Below, one piece after another: positions 26,859 through 32,000 of a DNA stretch of 32,000 bases. Origin of the DNA: Propionibacterium freudenreichii subsp. freudenreichii. Lineage in GTDB: Bacteria > Actinomycetota > Actinomycetes > Propionibacteriales > Propionibacteriaceae. The stretch spans positions 1,410,001-1,442,000 of the forward strand of contig NZ_CP010341.1 in the NCBI RefSeq assembly GCF_000940845.1, written 5' to 3'. The position numbers were made by a program, and so were the translations under genes. Each line of letters starts with the position of its first letter. Position 1 is the first letter of the stretch. The notes beneath the pieces were generated by a model. The model was not told the DNA's origin, did no database searches, and was given only the letters and a program-made list of their open reading frames with translations.

Positions 26859-28004
26859 TCAGTCCGCACCGTGGCCGACACCCTGCGGCAACCGGCCGCG
26901 CTGCCAGCCCAACAGCTGCTCCGCCTGATCGAAGGCGAAGCGGTCGGTCATGCCGGCCACATAGGTGACCACCCCGAGCATCGGGTCGTCCGGGTCACGA
27001 TGGTCCGGCGGCAACCGATCCTGGTGGGAGAAGTAGAACGACACCAGTTCCTGCAGCACCCTGATCATGGTGTGCGACTGGGCCAGCGATTCGGGACGGG
27101 TGTAGATGTGCTCGTAGTTGAACCGGCGCAGCGCCGCCAGGGCGTCTGCGGTGGACGTGTCCATGCCGATCGCCCCGGTGCGACACGACGTGGTCACCAC
27201 TGCCCCGATCAGGGCGTCGAGCTGCTGGGAGAGCCGCACCCCCAGGGCCTCGTGCACGGTGCCGGGAACCTGATCAGCCCGGATGATGCCGGCATGGATG
27301 GCGTCCTCCAGGTCGTGGGCGCAATAGGCGATGCGATCGGCCCAGCTGACGATCTCGCCCTCGATCGTGGCCGGGGCGGGGCGTGACCATGAATGGTTCG
27401 CGATGCCGTCAAGGGTCTCGTGGCACAGGTTGAGGTCGGCCAGGGCGACGTGCGCCCCCCAGGGTCCGTGGTCGAAACCCTCCGGCAGGAAGACGTCGAA
27501 GGCCTCCTCGGAGGCATGGCCCCCGGGTCCATGACCGCAGTCATGGCCCAGCGCGATCGCCTCGGCGAGGGTGACGTTCGCCCCCACCCCACGGGCAATC
27601 GATGTGGCCACCTGGGCCACCTCGATCGCGTGGGTGAGGCGCGTGCGCTGGTGGTCGGTGGGATAGACGACCACCTGGGTCTTGCCCGCCAACCGCCTGA
27701 AGGCGGTGGAGTGGATGATGCGGTCCTTGTCGCGCTCGAAGCAGGTGCGCAATGCGTCGGGTGCCTCGGTGCGGTCCCGGTTCCCCGCGCCGTGGGCGAG
27801 CGTCGCCCCCTGACGCAGGGTGGCGGCCTCCCGCTGCTCACGGGTGATCCGGTCGATGACCTCGCCCGGCCGTATCGATGCATGGCTGTCGCGATGTGGA
27901 CGCACCACCTCGTCGCCGCCCAGCTCGTGCTCATGCCCGGCCATGGTGAGCGCCCACTGCCGGGTGCGTTTCGTCACGTCGAGGTCGTGCACATTGTCAG
28001 TCAC
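26859..28004 (-). CDS. dgt: dGTP triphosphohydrolase-like HD-domain protein
   Basis: FERDKDRIIHSTAFRRLAGKTQV, the HD motif context TRLTHAIEVAQV..LGHDCGHGPGGH, and ADRIAYCAHDLEDA. The start is ambiguous among GTG 28004, GTG 27992 and ATG 27944. The ORF-track prefix up to 28523 overlaps dus out of frame. Confidence 0.85.
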   Translation of the reverse strand: MTDNVHDLDVTKRTRQWALTMAGHEHELGGDEVVRPHRDSHASIRPGEVIDRITREQREAATLRQGATLAHGAGNRDRTEAPDALRTCFERDKDRIIHSTAFRRLAGKTQVVVYPTDHQRTRLTHAIEVAQVATSIARGVGANVTLAEAIALGHDCGHGPGGHASEEAFDVFLPEGFDHGPWGAHVALADLNLCHETLDGIANHSWSRPAPATIEGEIVSWADRIAYCAHDLEDAIHAGIIRADQVPGTVHEALGVRLSQQLDALIGAVVTTSCRTGAIGMDTSTADALAALRRFNYEHIYTRPESLAQSHTMIRVLQELVSFYFSHQDRLPPDHRDPDDPMLGVVTYVAGMTDRFAFDQAEQLLGWQRGRLPQGVGHGAD

Positions 28005-28054
28005 GCCTCCAGTATGGCCGCCGCCACTGACATCAAGCGGGCGCCGCGGACTGC

Positions 28055-29242
28055 TCAGCCGCCCGATACGGCCAACTCGGCGTCCGACAGGTCCAGGTCG
28101 AGGCCGCCCCGGTCGTCGAGCCAGCCGTAGGGCATGACCACCTTGTGGCGTGGCGTGCCCTGACGACCGCGGGGCCGACCAAGTTCCCGTGTGGGGTAGG
28201 GACAGTCTGCCCCCGCCTTGTCGAGAAGGCGGGCCAGCAACGCGTCGAGCGCCTCGAAGCTGTCGATCAGCCCCAGGCTGTGACGCAGTTCCCCGCCCAC
28301 GGGGAATCCCTTGAAATACCAGCTCATGTGCTTGCGGAGGTCCGTGAGGCCGTGCTTGACGCCCATCTGGCGCACCAGCAGCTCCCCGTGCCGACGCACG
28401 ATCGCGGCCACCTCGCCAAGGGTCGGCAGGGTCTGGACCTGCTGGCCGTGCATGGCCGCCGCCAGGTCGCGGAACAGCCACGGACGCCCCAGGCAGCCGC
28501 GTCCGATCTCGACTCCGGCGCATCCGGTGCGCGCCATCATCTCGAGCGCATCGGAGGGTTCCCAGATGTCGCCATTGCCGAGCACCGGGATGTCCACGGC
28601 CGCCACGAGTTCGCCGATGCGGTCCCAGTGGGCATGGCCCGCGTAGGCCTCTGCCACCGTGCGCCCGTGCAGGCAGATCGCCGCGGCGCCCTCCTCCTGG
28701 GCGATGCGTCCCACATCGAGGAAGGTGGTGTGGTCGTCATCAATGCCCACCCGCGTCTTGACGGTGAGGGGCACGCCGTGGGCGTCGGCGGCACGCACGG
28801 ACTGCCGGATGATCTCGCGAATGAGGTCCAGCTTCCAGGGCAGTACGCCGCCACCACCCTTCCGGGTGACCTTCGGGACCGGGCAGCCGAAGTTGAGGTC
28901 CACATGGTCGGCCCGGTAGTGGGTGCACAGCTCATCGATGGCCCGGGCCAGCACGCGGGGATTGGTTCCATAGGTCTGCACGCTGCGGTGCGGCTCATCG
29001 TCGAAGAAGGTGAGCATGGAGTCGGTCTTCACATTGCCGACCACCAGCCCACGGCTCGTGATCATCTCGCACACGCACAATCCCGCACCCTGCTCGTAGC
29101 ACAGCGTGCGGTAGGCGGCGTTGGTCACCCCCGCCATGGGTGCCAGGACCACCGGGGTGTCGATCTGGACCACCCCGCCGGAGGGAGACACGAGTGTCAG
29201 CGGTTGAATCTGGGCCACCGCGCCATAGTAGGCGCTCCGCAC
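28055..29242 (-). CDS. dus: tRNA-dihydrouridine synthase (Rv0823c-like)
   Basis: VVLAPMAGVTNAAYR, LNFGCPVPKVTRKGGG, GNGDIW, and a C-terminal ..GRQG..GWLDD..SGG tail like my memory of the mycobacterial orthologue. The track start is the GTG at 29242, and the GTG at 29218 is possible. Confidence 0.88.
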   Translation of the reverse strand: MRSAYYGAVAQIQPLTLVSPSGGVVQIDTPVVLAPMAGVTNAAYRTLCYEQGAGLCVCEMITSRGLVVGNVKTDSMLTFFDDEPHRSVQTYGTNPRVLARAIDELCTHYRADHVDLNFGCPVPKVTRKGGGGVLPWKLDLIREIIRQSVRAADAHGVPLTVKTRVGIDDDHTTFLDVGRIAQEEGAAAICLHGRTVAEAYAGHAHWDRIGELVAAVDIPVLGNGDIWEPSDALEMMARTGCAGVEIGRGCLGRPWLFRDLAAAMHGQQVQTLPTLGEVAAIVRRHGELLVRQMGVKHGLTDLRKHMSWYFKGFPVGGELRHSLGLIDSFEALDALLARLLDKAGADCPYPTRELGRPRGRQGTPRHKVVMPYGWLDDRGGLDLDLSDAELAVSGG

Positions 29243-29257
29243 GCGCCCCCGGGACGG

Positions 29258-29302
29258 ACAAGGGGCTGTCCGGCCGCGTGGTGCGACCGGACAGCCCCTT
29301 GT
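29258..29302 (-). terminator. sdhB-distal hairpin (16-bp perfect stem, 13-nt loop)
   Basis: ACAAGGGGCTGTCCGG-N13-CCGGACAGCCCCTTGT. It lies 17 nt after the sdhB stop and 16 nt before the annotated dus start. Confidence 0.55.
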
Positions 29303-29318
29303 GGGAACTGCGTCCTGA

Positions 29319-30077
29319 TCAGTTGTCCTGCGAGTGGCGCCCGCGGAACACGGAACGCCAGCGCTCCTTGTTCACGGTGGCGATCGCGGTCAGCGGGATG
29401 CCGGCCGGGCAGGAGATGGCGCACTCGCCGTACAGCGAGCAGGGACCGAAGTCCTCATCGAGCTCTGCCACCATGCGACGCGCCCTCGAGCTGCGCTGCT
29501 CCTTGCCCTGGGGCATCTTCGCCAGATGCGCCAGCTTGGCGCCGGCGAACAGCATCGCCGAACCATTCGGGCAGGCGGCCACGCAGGCTCCGCAGCCGAT
29601 GCAGCTGGCGAAGTCGAGCGCGAGCTCGGCCACCTGGTGCGGCTGGGGGCTGGTGTCGGCGTCCGGAGCGGTGCCGGTCATCACGTTGACGGTGCCGCCG
29701 GCCTGGATGAGCTCATCCAGGGCGGTGCGGTCGATCGCCAGGTCGCGGATCACCGGGAACGCATTGGAGCGGAAGGGCTCCAACTTGAAGTGCGTCACCT
29801 CGGGGAAGGCGCGCAGGTGCTGGCGACAGGCCGGCGTATTGGCCAGCGGACCGTGGGGCTTCCCATTGACCAGGAAGCCACAGCACCCACACACGCCCTC
29901 ACGACAATCAGACTCGAAGACGACGGGCTCGCCGCCCTGTTCGATGATCTGGTCGTTGAGTCGATCGAGCAACTCAAGGATGCTCATCTCGGGCTCAGCG
30001 TCGTTGACGACGTAGTTTTCGAACTCACCCTTGGCGCGAGGACCTGCCTGGCGCCAGATATCCAATGTGACCTTCAT
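29319..30077 (-). CDS. sdhB: Succinate dehydrogenase/fumarate reductase iron-sulfur subunit
   Basis: MKVTLDIWRQ.., the 2Fe-2S context SDCREGVCGCCG, and the 4Fe-4S/3Fe-4S contexts CIGCGACVAACP and CSLYGECAISCP. The ATG at 30077 overlaps the sdhA stop (ATGA). Confidence 0.92.
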   Translation of the reverse strand: MKVTLDIWRQAGPRAKGEFENYVVNDAEPEMSILELLDRLNDQIIEQGGEPVVFESDCREGVCGCCGFLVNGKPHGPLANTPACRQHLRAFPEVTHFKLEPFRSNAFPVIRDLAIDRTALDELIQAGGTVNVMTGTAPDADTSPQPHQVAELALDFASCIGCGACVAACPNGSAMLFAGAKLAHLAKMPQGKEQRSSRARRMVAELDEDFGPCSLYGECAISCPAGIPLTAIATVNKERWRSVFRGRHSQDN

Positions 30078-32000
30078 CGGTAATCCCTCACCTGCAGATC
30101 GATCAGCGAGAATTCCAGGGGCTCGCTGTGACGGACATGAACCCCATCGGGGCGGGTCTCCCAGGCCGAGACGGCGCACCAATCGGCGTCGTTGCGCTTG
30201 GCCTCTCCCTCGGGAGTGGCGTACTCGGTACGGAAGTGGGCACCGGCCGACTCGCGGCGGTCCAGGGCGTCGAGGATCATGACCTCGGCGAGCTCGATGA
30301 AGTCGGCCACGCGGCCGGCCTTCTCGAGTTCCTGGTTGAGCCGGTGGTCGTCGCCGACGACCTTGACGTCGTTCCAGTACTCCTTGCGCAGTGCCCGCAC
30401 CTCGGCGAGGCCCTTGGTCAGGCCCGCCTCGTCACGGCTCACGCCACAGTAGGCGTAGAGGATGTCGCCAAGCTTGCGATGGAACCACTCGGGACGATGC
30501 GTGCCCTTGCTGGTGAGGAAGGCATTGATGCGATCCTGCACCCGGCCCAGGGCATCCTTGACGGCCGGATCCTGCACGGCCAGCGGCGGCTTGCCGACAT
30601 AGTCGGCGAGGTAGTTCGGCACCGACAGCGGCAGGGTGAACCAGCCATCCACGGAGGCGGACAACAGGGAGTTGGCACCCAGGCGGTTCGCACCGTGGTA
30701 GTTGTTCGATGCCTCTCCGCCGACGAACAGACCGGGCAGGTTGCTCATCTGGTCGTAGTCGACCCACAGGCCACCCATCGAGAAGTGGGCACCCGGTGCG
30801 ATGCGCATGGGCACCTCATAGGGGTTCTCACCGGTGGCGTCGAGGTACATGTCGAACAGGTTGCCGTAGCGCTCGGCGATGGTCTCCTTGCCGAGACGCT
30901 TGATGGCGTCGCGGAAGTCGAGGTACACCGAGTTGTGCAGCGGCCCCACGCCGTGCCCGCTGTCAATCTGCGTGCGGGCGTTGCGGCTGGCGACGTCACG
31001 GGGCGTCAGGTTGCCGAATGCCGGGTACTTGCGCTCCAGGTAGTAGTCGCGCTCGTTCTCGGGGATGTCATTGGCCGGGCGATCGTCGCCGGCCTTCTTC
31101 GGCACCCAGATGCGTCCGTCATTGCGCAGGGACTCACTCATCAGCGTGGTCTTCGACTGCCAGTGTGAACTGACCGGAAGCGCCGTGGGGTGGAACTGCA
31201 GGAAGCACGGGCTCGCGAAGTACGCGCCCTGCTTGTGCGCACGCCAGGTGGCGGTTGCATTCGAGTTCTTGGCCAGCGTGGACCAGTGGTAGACCGAGCC
31301 GTAGCCGCCGGTGCACAGCACCACGACATGGGCCGTCCAGGCCTTGATCTCGCCGGTCAGCAGATCGCGGGTGACGATGCCCTGGGCACGGCCGTCCTTG
31401 ACGATCAGGTCAAGCATCTCGGTGCGGTTGTGCATCTTCACGGTGCCGGCGTCGATCTGCTCCTGGAGCGCCTGGGAACAGGCGATCTCCATCTGCTGGC
31501 CGGTCTCGCCGCGCGTGTAATAGGTACGCGAGACCTGCACGCCACCGAAGGAACGGGTGGCGAGCTGACCGCCGTATTCACGGGCGAAGGGGGCACCGAT
31601 CGCGTACATGTGGTCGATGACACGCACCGACTCCGTACCAAGGCGCACCACGTCGGCCTCACGGCCCCGGTAGTCGCCGCCCTTAACGGTGTCCTTGACG
31701 AAGCGCTTCAGCGTGTCACCGTCGACCTTGCGGGCACGAGCGGCGTTGATGCCGCCCTGCGCCGCCACGGAGTGGGCGCGACGCGGCGAATCATGGAAAC
31801 AGAAGCAGTCGACGTCATAGCCGAGCTGGCCGAAGCTGGCCGCGAAGCCCGCACCGGACAGGCCGGAGCCCACGACGATGACCTTCATCTTGCGACGGTT
31901 GGCCGGGTTGACCAGTCGGTAGTCGTCCTGACGGTGCTCCCAGGTGTGGAGCACATCGCCGGCGGGGACGTGCCCGTCGATCTCGGCACCGACCTCATAG
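30074..32000 (-). CDS. sdhA: Succinate dehydrogenase/fumarate reductase flavoprotein subunit (N-terminus beyond the window end)
   Basis: The FAD fold is KVIVVGSGLSGAG, the covalent-FAD His context is RRAHSVAAQGGINAA, with HFSMGGLWVD and others. The frame stays open upstream of the track's GTG at 31954 through base 32000 (..YEVGAEIDGHVPAGDVLHTW..). My memory of the Corynebacterium SdhA includes a comparable N-terminal extension, so the true start probably lies outside the window. Confidence 0.9.
   Translation of the reverse strand, partial: YEVGAEIDGHVPAGDVLHTWEHRQDDYRLVNPANRRKMKVIVVGSGLSGAGFAASFGQLGYDVDCFCFHDSPRRAHSVAAQGGINAARARKVDGDTLKRFVKDTVKGGDYRGREADVVRLGTESVRVIDHMYAIGAPFAREYGGQLATRSFGGVQVSRTYYTRGETGQQMEIACSQALQEQIDAGTVKMHNRTEMLDLIVKDGRAQGIVTRDLLTGEIKAWTAHVVVLCTGGYGSVYHWSTLAKNSNATATWRAHKQGAYFASPCFLQFHPTALPVSSHWQSKTTLMSESLRNDGRIWVPKKAGDDRPANDIPENERDYYLERKYPAFGNLTPRDVASRNARTQIDSGHGVGPLHNSVYLDFRDAIKRLGKETIAERYGNLFDMYLDATGENPYEVPMRIAPGAHFSMGGLWVDYDQMSNLPGLFVGGEASNNYHGANRLGANSLLSASVDGWFTLPLSVPNYLADYVGKPPLAVQDPAVKDALGRVQDRINAFLTSKGTHRPEWFHRKLGDILYAYCGVSRDEAGLTKGLAEVRALRKEYWNDVKVVGDDHRLNQELEKAGRVADFIELAEVMILDALDRRESAGAHFRTEYATPEGEAKRNDADWCAVSAWETRPDGVHVRHSEPLEFSLIDLQVRDYR

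Noticed and set aside
28005-28523. Upstream part of the 554-aa ORF 26859..28523
   Set aside because: It overlaps the 3' end of dus in another frame and its product is Arg/Pro/Gly-rich. dGTPase-like sequence begins near 28004.
28145-29689. 514-aa plus-strand ORF (and 29334..30083 and 30128..31168)
   Set aside because: These are antisense to dus, sdhB and sdhA. They are shadow ORFs.
1-32000. Mobile elements, defence islands, CRISPR arrays, tRNA/rRNA genes
   Set aside because: I saw no transposase, integrase or recombinase-like protein, no long terminal inverted repeats, no regularly spaced repeat array and no tRNA-like cloverleaf in any spacer. The gene order matches conserved actinobacterial core synteny.

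Overview
This window looks like a densely coding core-chromosome segment of a high-GC actinobacterium (about two-thirds G+C by eye; the species cannot be assigned without a database search). I support 26 protein genes, and almost all are recognisable housekeeping functions. In window order they are: a partial APC permease; an Hsp20 small heat-shock gene; a fused ABC exporter; DUF3052 and aceE; an AspC/TyrB-type aminotransferase; a PucR-type FasR/MabR-like regulator followed by fabD-fabH-acpP-fabF and DUF3145; an S9 serine peptidase; a minus-strand block of MoxR, DUF58, two VWA genes and YggS; an orphan membrane protein and a Cof-type HAD hydrolase; a flavoprotein disulfide oxidoreductase; a Cys-rich DUF2284-like protein with a FetB/UPF0014 permease; dGTPase-like and Dus genes; and sdhB with a partial sdhA. 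I see no rRNA, tRNA, CRISPR array, transposase, integrase or prophage signature. The gene order matches conserved Actinomycetota synteny. I do not find a convincing new multi-gene system, and the region is mostly ordinary. The points worth a second look are small-scale. They are HspR-type HAIR operators around the hsp20 promoter and an interrupted palindrome in front of the fab operon. There is also a 22-bp perfect hairpin followed by three 16-bp tandem repeats. The MoxR-to-YggS chain has overlapping stop and start codons at every junction. An orphan membrane protein has a kinase-N-lobe-like head and a Gly/Ser tail. A TGTCA/TGACA array and an unexplained noncoding gap of about 300 bp lie upstream of the oxidoreductase. 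A FetB-like permease is paired with a Cys-rich protein instead of a FetA ATPase, behind an AT-rich island. Many long ORFs in the supplied track are antisense or out-of-frame artefacts of high GC content, and I reject them. All family names come from motif recognition and memory, not from a search.
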